Positions 9,893-18,717 are shown, numbered from the stretch's first letter. The stretch is 25,564 nt of DNA from an uncultured Dehalococcoidia bacterium (GCA_964506405.1 CAZDMY010000001.1:1-25564), one strand, 5' to 3'. Program-made: numbers and translations. The notes: generated from the sequence alone by a model not told the origin.

Positions 9893-9973
9893 TTACAGAA
9901 GGACTCTTTGATACTCAGTCCCTATGGGCTCACACACCGCTGACACAAAAATTCCGGTTGCTGGTTCAAGCAT
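9893..9973 (-). CDS. Possible 26-aa small ORF or leader peptide (MLEPATGIFVSAVCEPIGTEYQRVLL)
   Basis: ATG at 9971-9973 with AGGAG about 10 nt upstream; stop at 9893; lies between the operator and tetR. Confidence 0.25.
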   Translation of the reverse strand: MLEPATGIFVSAVCEPIGTEYQRVLL

Positions 9974-10023
9974 TATAGCCGGTCTCCTGAAATAAATCGA
10001 CAAATTCATAGTCAACCGAGCAT

Positions 10024-10052
10024 TATAATAGACCGACCGTCGGTCTATTATA
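10024..10052. promoter_or_regulatory. Putative TetR operator: perfect 29-bp palindrome TATAATAGACCGAC-C-GTCGGTCTATTATA
   Basis: 14-bp arms with 1-bp spacer, immediately downstream of the predicted -10 of the tetR-ABC promoter. Confidence 0.85.
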
Positions 10053-10080
10053 TGGTAAGCTTTTTGTCTCTTACCGTCAA
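10052..10080 (-). promoter_or_regulatory. Sigma70-type promoter for tetR-ABC (TTGACG-N17-TACCAT)
   Basis: -35 at 10075-10080, 17-nt spacer, -10 at 10052-10057. Confidence 0.6.
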
Positions 10081-10164
10081 CGAAAAAGCAGATTTTAAGG
10101 AATTGCCTGGAAATAGTTGTGACGGGGATCAGATCAGGAAGTTGAATGCAACAGAAGGGCGATA

Positions 10165-10911
10165 TCAAGCTTCAGTCCATTCGATTACCTCGCTACACCA
10201 GACATCTGAAATTGTGGCCGTCACAGCAGACCTGTTTGGTCTTCTCACATTAAGTATCCGATCCACGACATACGGATCGAATCTCTGCAGGAATGTACAC
10301 TGTTTGCGAAAACCGGCGATCGTATTTCGCTCACCGCCGTAGAACAGGTAATCCATGTCTCGTATATGGGGTTCCAGCTTCTCTCTCACGTGCTGGCAAA
10401 CCCGGGTAAAAAACATTTCTATCTGCTTCTCGCGGTGACGTTCAAATCGGCGCTGCGATGAACCTCCCTTCTTGTGCCTGGAATGCACCAGACCGGTTCC
10501 ATGCTTGTGGTCAAGAAAGGTTTCTCCCCGGAAGGTGGCGACAGCGTACTGGCCAAGTCGAATCAGAACAAGGCTGATGAGTGCCTCCTGTCGAAGCATA
10601 TCCTGTATCGGCGCAGTGTGAATATCGGGATGATACGCACCTGCTATTACGGGGAACGGTGGTATAAGGCAGCATTTATACTGCGTGCCCCAGAAGAGCA
10701 CTGCGCCGGTTTTCGATGCGGTGACAGACCGTAGCACTTCCGCGATAACATCCGATTCTTGCACTTGTTTTCTAATCAGGTCCTCTCTATCACCGGAAGT
10801 CGCCCCTGTGACATAGTATCCGGTGGTACATTCTTGCGAGGACGATTCGATTTCATCCAGCAAGCCCAGGGTACGAGCTCTGGTAAGTCTGCGCTGAATT
10901 GAGGTATACAT
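10165..10911 (-). CDS. Vms1/ANKZF1-like release factor (acVLRF1 family, putative peptidyl-tRNA hydrolase)
   Basis: LVLIRLGQYAVATFRG...SRHKKGGSSQRRFERHREKQ...LFYGGE matches the aeRF1-superfamily VLRF1 core with the GGxSQ catalytic-loop Gln (codons 10453-10467). Confidence 0.85.
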   Translation of the reverse strand: MYTSIQRRLTRARTLGLLDEIESSSQECTTGYYVTGATSGDREDLIRKQVQESDVIAEVLRSVTASKTGAVLFWGTQYKCCLIPPFPVIAGAYHPDIHTAPIQDMLRQEALISLVLIRLGQYAVATFRGETFLDHKHGTGLVHSRHKKGGSSQRRFERHREKQIEMFFTRVCQHVREKLEPHIRDMDYLFYGGERNTIAGFRKQCTFLQRFDPYVVDRILNVRRPNRSAVTATISDVWCSEVIEWTEA

Positions 10912-10954
10912 CGTTAGTTAATGGGAAGGTAATATAGCGGCAGTTTGCAGAGCG

Positions 10955-13315
10955 CTATAGTTTAACAAGGGTGACACCGTCTCCCCCCTCGTAGTCTTTA
11001 CCACTTCGAAAGGACCGAACCAGCGGATGGGAGGCCAGCATGTCCCGGACGATCTGCCGCACTGTTCCGGTCCCGTATCCATGTATGACGCGAACCTCAT
11101 CGAAACCAGCGATGGAAACATCGTTCAGGTAAGTATCCAGTTCCGGTTCAACCTCATCGGCGCGACGACCTCGTAGATCAAGCTCCAGTGAGCGATACGG
11201 CTTATCCCCGGAGGGTTGGTAAGTATGTTTGCGTGCAAGAGGGGAGGTGTCAGAGGAGGTCTTCTGCAAGTCCGCGGCTGAGACTTTGAACCTGGATTTT
11301 CCGGCGTGAACCTCAACTTCACCCGTTTTTTCAAATATAGCAGCGACGGTTCCACGGATATTAGTATCGATCACTTTCACCGCATCTCCGGTGGATAGTT
11401 CCTGCAATTCAGTAATTATATCATCCGGTTCGGGATCGACCTGAGGAATTTGCCATTCTTTTGAAGAAAGCTCCTCCTTGACAGCCTCAATCGCAGATTT
11501 GGCCTGTTCGATCCGCTCCTTCGATTTCGATTTCCTGAGCGCAGAAGCGGCCTTCTGGATCTGCTTTTGTAAAGCCGCCGCTTCATGGATGATCCGTTCC
11601 TTTTCCGAGCGAATGACGCTTTGCTTCGTCTCCTCCAGGTTTTTCAGTTCGATTTCGATCTGTTGCCTGGCTTGCTCTGCGGCACGTTTTTCTTGTTCCA
11701 GTTCTGTCCGTAACGAACGAGTAGCCTCTTTTTCCCCGGATATTTCGTTAACCAGATCATCCAGTTCGGTCACGCCTTTCGGTAATATCGCCTTGGCACG
11801 CTCGATAATATTCAGAGGCAATCCCAAGTGTGCTGCAATCGCCAGTGCGTTACTTCCGCCGGGAACTCCCATGAGCATGTGGTATGTCGGCGAAAGCGTC
11901 ACCGGATCGAATTCCATAGAGGCATTACTCAATCCCGGCGTTTTATAAGCAAAGGCCTTGAGCTCGGCGAAATGTGTCGTTGCCGCCATGAGTGTTCGCT
12001 TCTCCACAAAATGCAGCATGATCGATTGTGCCAGCGCGGCACCCTCAGCAGGGTCTGTGCTGGTACCCAGTTCATCCAGCAGCACCAGGCTGTTACTGGT
12101 GGCCATCTCCACAACACGCACGATGTTTCCCATATGCCAACTGAAACTGGATAAGGTCTCTTCGATGCTTTGCTCATCCCCCATATCGGCAAAAATATTA
12201 TCGAAAACAGGGATACTGCTTTCGCCGGAGGCTGGGATCGGCAGCCCTGATTGTGTCATGAGCGTCAGCAGGCCGATTGTTTTAAGCGAAACGGTTTTAC
12301 CTCCGGTATTCGGTCCGGTGATTACCAGCCCCGTATACCCAGCCCCGATCTGAACGGAAATAGGCACTGCCTTTTCCTTGAGCAACGGATGGCGAGCTTC
12401 CTTCAGCAGAATCACCGGATCTTCTTCCGGTGGCGCGATACGAGCTTCCACCGCCTGATAATCACGGGCAAATCTACCCTTAGCCAGGGCCAGGTCAAGT
12501 TCCGCCAAAAGGTTAGTATTGCTGATGATATCGTCGCTGTATTCGGCGATATCTTCACTTAACACACTGAGAATTCGCAGTATCTCCTGCTCCTCATCAG
12601 TGACCAGTTGACGCAACCGGTTGCCAAGCTCAACTGTAGCCATCGGCTCGACAAACACTGTTGCCTCAGTATTGGACACATCATGAATAATGCCTTTCAT
12701 CCGACCCTGGAAATCGATCTTAACGGGAATAACATATCGGCCGGCCCGTTCGGTGATAAAATCATCCTGGATCATTACTCGAGTGTCTTCGTTCCGAATA
12801 ATACGTTCGAGCCGGGTGATAATTTGACGTCGTGTCTCCTTGAGCTCATTCCTGATAGCTCCCAGTTCAGCTGAGGCAGTATCCAGTACCTCACCCGAGG
12901 GATCTATGCAACGTTCGATCTCGTCCGCCAGTTGTGGAAGAGAAACCAGTTGGGCGGCCACTTCCCAGAGAGAAGGCAGCATAGCGAGGTGTTCCCTGAA
13001 TACCGTCTGTAGTAAATCTGAAGCAATGAGTATGGAACGGATATCCAGAAGTGATTTAGGGTCCAGCACCTTACCGATTGTTGTCATGTGAACGGTTTGC
13101 CGCGAATCCGCCGGTTGCCCCAGGCTGAGATTGGGCTCAAGTGCGAGCAGTTGACGTGCCTCAGTTGATTGTTTGAGAAGCTGTTTTACCGTATCGTGGA
13201 AAATCTGCGGTTCGATCGAAAGGGCCAGATCATAGCTAACCGAGAAGGTGGTATATGCGGCCAGAATTCTTTTCAGTTTGGGCAGTTCGAGAACTTCGAG
13301 GCTTTTTTGGTCCAT
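10955..13315 (-). CDS. mutS2: MutS2 (MutS ATPase + coiled coil + KOW + Smr)
   Basis: Walker A GPNTGGKT, LLDELGTSTDP, ATTHFAELK, KOW-like GDAVKV...GTV, Smr ELDLRG...IHGYGTG...GGDGVT; no MutS1 mismatch-binding domain. Start at 13315 (MDQKSLEVLE) preferred over 13330. Confidence 0.96.
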   Translation of the reverse strand: MDQKSLEVLELPKLKRILAAYTTFSVSYDLALSIEPQIFHDTVKQLLKQSTEARQLLALEPNLSLGQPADSRQTVHMTTIGKVLDPKSLLDIRSILIASDLLQTVFREHLAMLPSLWEVAAQLVSLPQLADEIERCIDPSGEVLDTASAELGAIRNELKETRRQIITRLERIIRNEDTRVMIQDDFITERAGRYVIPVKIDFQGRMKGIIHDVSNTEATVFVEPMATVELGNRLRQLVTDEEQEILRILSVLSEDIAEYSDDIISNTNLLAELDLALAKGRFARDYQAVEARIAPPEEDPVILLKEARHPLLKEKAVPISVQIGAGYTGLVITGPNTGGKTVSLKTIGLLTLMTQSGLPIPASGESSIPVFDNIFADMGDEQSIEETLSSFSWHMGNIVRVVEMATSNSLVLLDELGTSTDPAEGAALAQSIMLHFVEKRTLMAATTHFAELKAFAYKTPGLSNASMEFDPVTLSPTYHMLMGVPGGSNALAIAAHLGLPLNIIERAKAILPKGVTELDDLVNEISGEKEATRSLRTELEQEKRAAEQARQQIEIELKNLEETKQSVIRSEKERIIHEAAALQKQIQKAASALRKSKSKERIEQAKSAIEAVKEELSSKEWQIPQVDPEPDDIITELQELSTGDAVKVIDTNIRGTVAAIFEKTGEVEVHAGKSRFKVSAADLQKTSSDTSPLARKHTYQPSGDKPYRSLELDLRGRRADEVEPELDTYLNDVSIAGFDEVRVIHGYGTGTVRQIVRDMLASHPLVRSFRSGKDYEGGDGVTLVKL

Positions 13316-13413
13316 ACTTTCATATACCATTGTACGTAGTAATTACTGAAATTTCTACATTTGCGGGGTAATGGAGCGCATTAAGTCCTTTTTCCATACC
13401 AGGTCAACAGCCA

Positions 13414-15225
13414 TTACTCGGCGTTGTTAGCCTCATCGACGGGATCAACCAGGCTGATGAGTGTCTGCCCGGGCTCGGGTTTCAGCGGGGTATCGGTGGT
13501 AAAAGCAAACGCATTACCAGCCGAACTGATCAAAAAAAGCGGGAGCGCTTCCGCCCCATAGTACGATTGAAATGCCGCAAAATCAAATTTTTCTGTTAGT
13601 GGAGTTGCTTTGATAATTGCGCCGGAATAGATACGCTGTGTGATATATTGATAAGTAATATCCTTACCAAACAGTAATCGCCCCCTTAAATGCTGTGATA
13701 CCTCTTCCTTGCGGCCTTCCTCGTCACCTCCGGGAGAAAGCTGATACACGTTCGCACGGCCCAGGTAAGGTGCGAAATGCAGAGCGGCCAGCGAGTTTGC
13801 TCCATTATTAGGAGTAATCGCCAGCAAACGGCCGATATCGCCCAGATCGATCTCGTCGAGGGCATATCTTGAGAGTATACTGGCCTGAAAAGTTGCCAGC
13901 CCCGCCTTGCGCGCAGCCAGGAGATTAGTACGTTCGGTGTCCACCATTAATACCTTGAATCCCTTTTCCTTCAGTATGGCTGCTATCATCCGTGACCAGT
14001 AATGTGCCCCCATTATCAGGAACCCTTGTGGATTCGGCTGTGATAGTTTCAACTTTTTGGCAAGCGGAAGCGCACCCAGGCCGTAAAGCACAACCGTGAC
14101 GACAATAACCAGGAAGGTAATAGGCACCAGCAGATCTGCCTGAGGATGGCCAATATCCGCAAGGCGCAAAGCGAAAACTGAGGAAACAGCAGCGGCCACG
14201 ATGCCGCGAGGAGCCATCCACATAAGAAAAGCACGTTCCTTCCAACGGAGATTCGAATGTATCGTCGATAAGATCACGGCGAGCGGGCGGGCAACCAGCA
14301 CCAGCACGGTTAAAAATAGAGGAGTGGCCCAATGCAACTCTTCCCAGTCGCTGGGATGCAGGCGGGCTGCCAGCAGCACGAACAGGCAGGAAACCAGCAA
14401 TACTCCCAGGTTTTCCTTGAACTCCACTATGTGCCTGATCGCAATTCGTTTCTGGTTTCCGAGAACGATGCCCATCACCGTAGCGGCCAGCAATCCGGAT
14501 TCTTCCTGAAAATGATTTGGAATTGTGTAGACAACCACAACCATCATCAGGACAGCGGATATTTGTAGAAAATCCGGTATCCAGAATCGCTTCAGTAGTA
14601 CAAGTAAGAAATATGCACCGAGTATGCCTACCGCAGTACCGATAAATATTGTTTTCGCAATTCCGATAACGATCTGGCCGGTCGCATCCTCCAGGCTTCC
14701 TCCCAATACTTCCTGGAACACAATAACTGCAAGTATAGCGCCTATGGGATCGATAACGATCCCCTCCCATTTCAGTACCGCACCCAGTTGCTTCATGGGC
14801 CGAACATGCCTGAGTATGGGCATAATTACTGTGGGTCCGGATACAACAAGGATCGCACCCAAAAGGATTGCGATATTCAGTTGCAGGTCGATAAGGTAAT
14901 AACCGGCGATCGTAGCAAGTGCCCAGGTGACCAGGGTGCCAATGATAATCAGGCGTGGAATGATGGTGCCCGCGGCACGCAGTTCCGAAATCCTTAAGCT
15001 TAAGCCGCCCTCAAACAGTATAATGGCAACGGATAGCGAAACAATCGGCAGCAGCAGATCGCCAAATAATTCATCCGGCTCGATTAACCCGGTTGCCGGA
15101 CCTGCAATAATACCGAAAACCAGTAGCAACAGTATAGAAGGCAGCTGGAATCGCCACGCAATCCACTGAGCACCAATTCCCAGAACAATGAGCCCGGCAA
15201 GCCCGAACAGTAATTCTTCACTCAT
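13414..15225 (-). CDS. CPA1/NhaP-type cation:proton antiporter with C-terminal TrkA-N (RCK)-like domain
   Basis: About 12 hydrophobic helices, IILFEGG, GPTVI, WEGIVIDPIG, MAPRGIVAAAVS; soluble tail with a Rossmann-like FLIMGAHYW segment. Confidence 0.92.
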   Translation of the reverse strand: MSEELLFGLAGLIVLGIGAQWIAWRFQLPSILLLLVFGIIAGPATGLIEPDELFGDLLLPIVSLSVAIILFEGGLSLRISELRAAGTIIPRLIIIGTLVTWALATIAGYYLIDLQLNIAILLGAILVVSGPTVIMPILRHVRPMKQLGAVLKWEGIVIDPIGAILAVIVFQEVLGGSLEDATGQIVIGIAKTIFIGTAVGILGAYFLLVLLKRFWIPDFLQISAVLMMVVVVYTIPNHFQEESGLLAATVMGIVLGNQKRIAIRHIVEFKENLGVLLVSCLFVLLAARLHPSDWEELHWATPLFLTVLVLVARPLAVILSTIHSNLRWKERAFLMWMAPRGIVAAAVSSVFALRLADIGHPQADLLVPITFLVIVVTVVLYGLGALPLAKKLKLSQPNPQGFLIMGAHYWSRMIAAILKEKGFKVLMVDTERTNLLAARKAGLATFQASILSRYALDEIDLGDIGRLLAITPNNGANSLAALHFAPYLGRANVYQLSPGGDEEGRKEEVSQHLRGRLLFGKDITYQYITQRIYSGAIIKATPLTEKFDFAAFQSYYGAEALPLFLISSAGNAFAFTTDTPLKPEPGQTLISLVDPVDEANNAE

Positions 15226-15326
15226 TGCACATACCGCGTTCCCTGAATGGTTGCATTATATTATCACCATAATCGATTCCGGTGCAAGATGCTATAAGGA
15301 ACCCCCCATTTGGCAAATCGAGCTAT

Positions 15327-15354
15327 TTTACGCATAACTGTTAGATGGTATAAT
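15327..15354 (+). promoter_or_regulatory. Promoter TTTACG-N16-(TGG)TATAAT for the MFS cluster, possibly leaderless
   Basis: -35 at 15327-15332, extended -10 TATAAT at 15349-15354, ATG at 15360, no SD. Confidence 0.6.
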
Positions 15355-15359
15355 CAACC

Positions 15360-16613
15360 ATGATGCTTCCTGATCCCATCGAATATGATGATCCCCCACA
15401 GGCTGCCAATGGCATCCACGAAAACCCAGCCGCAACAGGGTATTGCCTGATTCTTTTGGCCGTCGCTTGCGGCATCATTTACTCCTTTGGCGCGTTTTAT
15501 CCGGCCCTGCAGCAACAATTCGATTTAAGTTACGAGTCGGTCTCCGTGATATTTTCGATTTTTCTGGTGTCCGCGGCGGCGGCAGCACCCTTTGCGCGAT
15601 TCATGGAGCAAAAGGCCGGCGGCTGGCTGGTCATCACTATTGCGGGAACACTGACGGGTCTCGGGCTGTTCCTGGCTTCTTTGGCTGAATCGGCCTGGCA
15701 CCTGTTCTTGACCTGCGGTTTGACAACCGGACTGTGTGTCGGTATCTTACTGCCTGTTGTTATTCGGATTCTTGCCCGGTCGGCAAAAAAACGTCGGGTA
15801 CTGGTTCTCAGCATCGTCAGCGGCGGTGTGGGAATAGCTGTTATCGCGCCGCTATCGGGCTGGATAATCAATAACTACGAATGGAGCGATGGATACCGGA
15901 ACCTGAGCATTATTACCTGGGTTTTCTTCATACCGATAGGTATATTATTGAAATTTGCTTTCTCAGGCAACATCGATCATTCCCCGGAAAAGAGCGAAGA
16001 TCACTCAACCGATTCAAATGAGGGCATTCCATCACGTAATTTCTGGATAGCCTTTTTCTACTGGTTCTGTTTATCATTCGTGGTTCACATGGTCATTATC
16101 CATATCAGTCCCGATGCATATTCCAATGGTATTTCCCTGGTCCATTCAACCTTTCTGCTGAGCGTATTATCGGGCATAACAATCATATTTGCGTTATTGG
16201 TTGCTGGTTTCACCAGTGTCACTGACCGTAAAACGTTAGGCATCATATTCTCCCTCGTAGGTGCAGCGGTTCTGTTCTGGTTGACCGAAGCTGAAAACAT
16301 GAGTCAATTTTACCTGTTCGCCATCCTGTTCGCCCCTGTCTGGGGTGGAATGTCAGTGATGATGAGTCAACTATATTCATTGGGACGGACCACCTATTTG
16401 AATAAATACAACTGCTATTTGGTTATTGGTGCATGGGGATGTGGTGGTGCGCTGGGAGCATACATCGGCGGGCTGTCTATGCGCCTGATGGGGGATTATC
16501 ATCTTGCTTTGTTCATCAATGCCTGGGTCCTGGTTGCTGCAGCAGTCTTTATCTGGGCAATAAACCCTTCAACACAGTCGAAGCTGGAGGTACAATCAGC
16601 CACTGATGAGTGA
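15360..16613 (+). CDS. MFS transporter (OFA-like)
   Basis: About 12 hydrophobic segments in two 6-helix halves; typical IYSFGAFYPALQQQF N-terminus. Confidence 0.85.
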   Translation: MMLPDPIEYDDPPQAANGIHENPAATGYCLILLAVACGIIYSFGAFYPALQQQFDLSYESVSVIFSIFLVSAAAAAPFARFMEQKAGGWLVITIAGTLTGLGLFLASLAESAWHLFLTCGLTTGLCVGILLPVVIRILARSAKKRRVLVLSIVSGGVGIAVIAPLSGWIINNYEWSDGYRNLSIITWVFFIPIGILLKFAFSGNIDHSPEKSEDHSTDSNEGIPSRNFWIAFFYWFCLSFVVHMVIIHISPDAYSNGISLVHSTFLLSVLSGITIIFALLVAGFTSVTDRKTLGIIFSLVGAAVLFWLTEAENMSQFYLFAILFAPVWGGMSVMMSQLYSLGRTTYLNKYNCYLVIGAWGCGGALGAYIGGLSMRLMGDYHLALFINAWVLVAAAVFIWAINPSTQSKLEVQSATDE

Positions 16614-17172
16614 ACACTTACCCACTCATGACGAGGCAATGGCGTTGCTTGGCGAGTATAACCGCAGCGATAGCCTGCTTAAACATGCCTATGCGGTTGA
16701 AGGAGTTATGCGGTACCTTGCCCAACAGCTTGGAGAAGATGCCGATAAATGGGCGGTTGTCGGGCTCGTCCATGATCTTGATTACGAGCAATTTCCCGAC
16801 CAGCATTGTCACAAAACCAAAGAGATTCTTGAGGAACACCAATGGCCCCAGGAATACATTCGGGCGGTTGTATCCCATGGATGGGGTATATACAATGATA
16901 TCGAACCTCAATCATTGATGGAGAAATATCTCTATACTATAGATGAGCTTACGGGCCTGGTCGCCGCGGCGGCGCTGGTGCGCCCTTCGAAAAGCGTAAT
17001 GGACCTTGAAGCGAAATCGGTAGTTAAAAAATGGAAGGATAAATCATTCGCGGCCGGCGTGGACCGTTCAGTTATCGACAAAGGGGTCCAGATGCTGGGG
17101 ATCGAGCGCAATCAAGTTATTACAGATACCATTATGGGTATGCGCCAGGTATCGGAGAAGATCGGGCTTTAA
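16606..17172 (+). CDS. HD-superfamily metal-dependent hydrolase (HDIG/COG2316-like)
   Basis: LLKHAYAVE...GLVHDLDYE...SHG...DELTGL; 8-nt overlap with the MFS stop. Confidence 0.9.
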   Translation: MSEHLPTHDEAMALLGEYNRSDSLLKHAYAVEGVMRYLAQQLGEDADKWAVVGLVHDLDYEQFPDQHCHKTKEILEEHQWPQEYIRAVVSHGWGIYNDIEPQSLMEKYLYTIDELTGLVAAAALVRPSKSVMDLEAKSVVKKWKDKSFAAGVDRSVIDKGVQMLGIERNQVITDTIMGMRQVSEKIGL

Positions 17173-17192
17173 ATAATAACCCGGGTGATGCT

Positions 17193-17864
17193 ATGGGGAA
17201 ACCCAGGCGAATTGAAAAAGATGTTTACATGATCGGAGGGGCGGACCTCTCTCATCCCGACGATTGTGCCGTATATCTGATAGATGCCGGCGGACTTGTA
17301 CTCATCGATTGCGGGGCCGGCCTTAGCTTTGCGCAATTGCTGGATAACATCCATGTTATGAACCTTTCACCCCAAAACATCAAGGCTGTACTGGTTACCC
17401 ACGCCCATATCGACCACATTGGCTCTTTGAAACAGTTCAAGGATGAACTCGGGGTTCAAGTCATTTGCCATGAACTGGATGCCGATAACATCGAACAGGG
17501 ATTCGGTGTTGGCGCCGAATTGTACGGGCTGGATTATTCCCCTTGTCCGGTCGATGTCAAAATCAAGGACGAAGAAACCGTTCTCCAGTTTGCAGAAAAG
17601 GATTTGAAAGTGATACACATACCGGGGCACACGCCCGGTAGTATCGCTGCCTACATTGACGTGGATGATAAGCGAATCCTTTTTGGACAGGATGTGCACG
17701 GTCCATATTTACCTCAATGGGGTGCAAACCTGGAAGATGCCCGCATTTCATTGCAAAAGCTTATCGACCTCAAGGCCGATACCCTTTGCGAAGGTCATTT
17801 CGGTATCTACCGACCTGGAGAAACTGTTCGAAAATATATCAAGGGATACCTCAACAGCATCTGA
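17193..17864 (+). CDS. Metallo-beta-lactamase-fold hydrolase (glyoxalase II-like)
   Basis: THAHIDH, PGHTPGS, FGQD, EGH metal-binding motifs. Confidence 0.93.
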   Translation: MGKPRRIEKDVYMIGGADLSHPDDCAVYLIDAGGLVLIDCGAGLSFAQLLDNIHVMNLSPQNIKAVLVTHAHIDHIGSLKQFKDELGVQVICHELDADNIEQGFGVGAELYGLDYSPCPVDVKIKDEETVLQFAEKDLKVIHIPGHTPGSIAAYIDVDDKRILFGQDVHGPYLPQWGANLEDARISLQKLIDLKADTLCEGHFGIYRPGETVRKYIKGYLNSI

Positions 17865-17895
17865 AAAGACGCTGCTCGGTTTCTCAACTGAGAAA

Positions 17896-18717
17896 ATGCC
17901 TTCGCCACAAGATAAGGTCGTTACCGCCAACGGCATAAGCCTTCATTACCTCGAATGGGGTGATGCCGAGTCGTCTCCCATGATCCTGCTTCACGGCCTC
18001 TTTGGGAACGCACACTACTGGGATTTCTTCGCCTCAGCTTTAGAGGACGATTTTCACATTATTGCCCTGGATCAGCGCGGCCATGGCGACAGCGGCCGGG
18101 CCGAGCATTATGGACCGAAGGAATACGTGGCTGACCTTGCCTGTTTAATAGAAGCCCTCGGTATAACACATTTCACGCTTGTCGGACATTCGATGGGCGG
18201 GATCACTGCGGCACTTTACGCTGAACGTTATCCTCACCACGTGGACCGACTGATCATAGTGGATATAGGTCCCGAAATCGATGCGGTGGGTGCCGAACGG
18301 ATGATAACCGAGATGAGCCTCAGGCCCGAGTGGTTCTATTCTATGGAGGAGGCTTTTGCCTGCCTGAGGGAACTGGAGCCGTTCTGTGCAGATGATTTCC
18401 TCTGGCACCAGCTTGAACATTCATTGAAATATGAGGACATGCGGTATGTCTTCAGGTTTGATTCCGCACTTGCCCGAACCGAGATGCATTCGCCGTACTG
18501 GTTATGGGATTACCTGGAAAGAATTTTCTGCCCGGCACTGATCCTGCGAGGAAACCAGAGCGATATGCTGGGTCCGGCCGTTGCACAAAAGATGTCGGAG
18601 ATGTTACAGTCAGGTTCGCTTAACGAAATCGAACGCGCAAGCCACGGCATTCCTGGTGATAATCCAACCGCGTTCCATAATGCCGTTTTGAATTTCCTCC
18701 GGGACGGCACACAATAA
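17896..18717 (+). CDS. Alpha/beta-fold hydrolase
   Basis: HGLFG oxyanion motif, DQRGHG, nucleophile GHSMGG, C-terminal ASH; start reassigned to ATG 17896 (MPSPQDK) to avoid overlap with the MBL gene. Confidence 0.92.
   Translation: MPSPQDKVVTANGISLHYLEWGDAESSPMILLHGLFGNAHYWDFFASALEDDFHIIALDQRGHGDSGRAEHYGPKEYVADLACLIEALGITHFTLVGHSMGGITAALYAERYPHHVDRLIIVDIGPEIDAVGAERMITEMSLRPEWFYSMEEAFACLRELEPFCADDFLWHQLEHSLKYEDMRYVFRFDSALARTEMHSPYWLWDYLERIFCPALILRGNQSDMLGPAVAQKMSEMLQSGSLNEIERASHGIPGDNPTAFHNAVLNFLRDGTQ

Noticed and set aside
9893-10168. 91-aa ORF spanning the tetR promoter
   Set aside because: Crosses the operator and promoter, has no recognisable motifs; only its last 26 codons have an SD-led start.
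13338-13347. AGTAATTACT palindrome before mutS2
   Set aside because: Only 10 bp and AT-rich; plausible by chance.
13379-13407. TTGACC upstream of mutS2 as a -35
   Set aside because: No acceptable -10 at 16-18 nt spacing (TTAATG or TAATGC).
13925-14770. 281-aa alternative-frame ORF inside the antiporter
   Set aside because: Same-strand shadow frame of a well-supported gene; no motifs.
17656-17895. 80-codon 5' extension of the alpha/beta hydrolase ORF
   Set aside because: Overlaps the MBL gene in another frame; the recognisable fold begins at ATG 17896.
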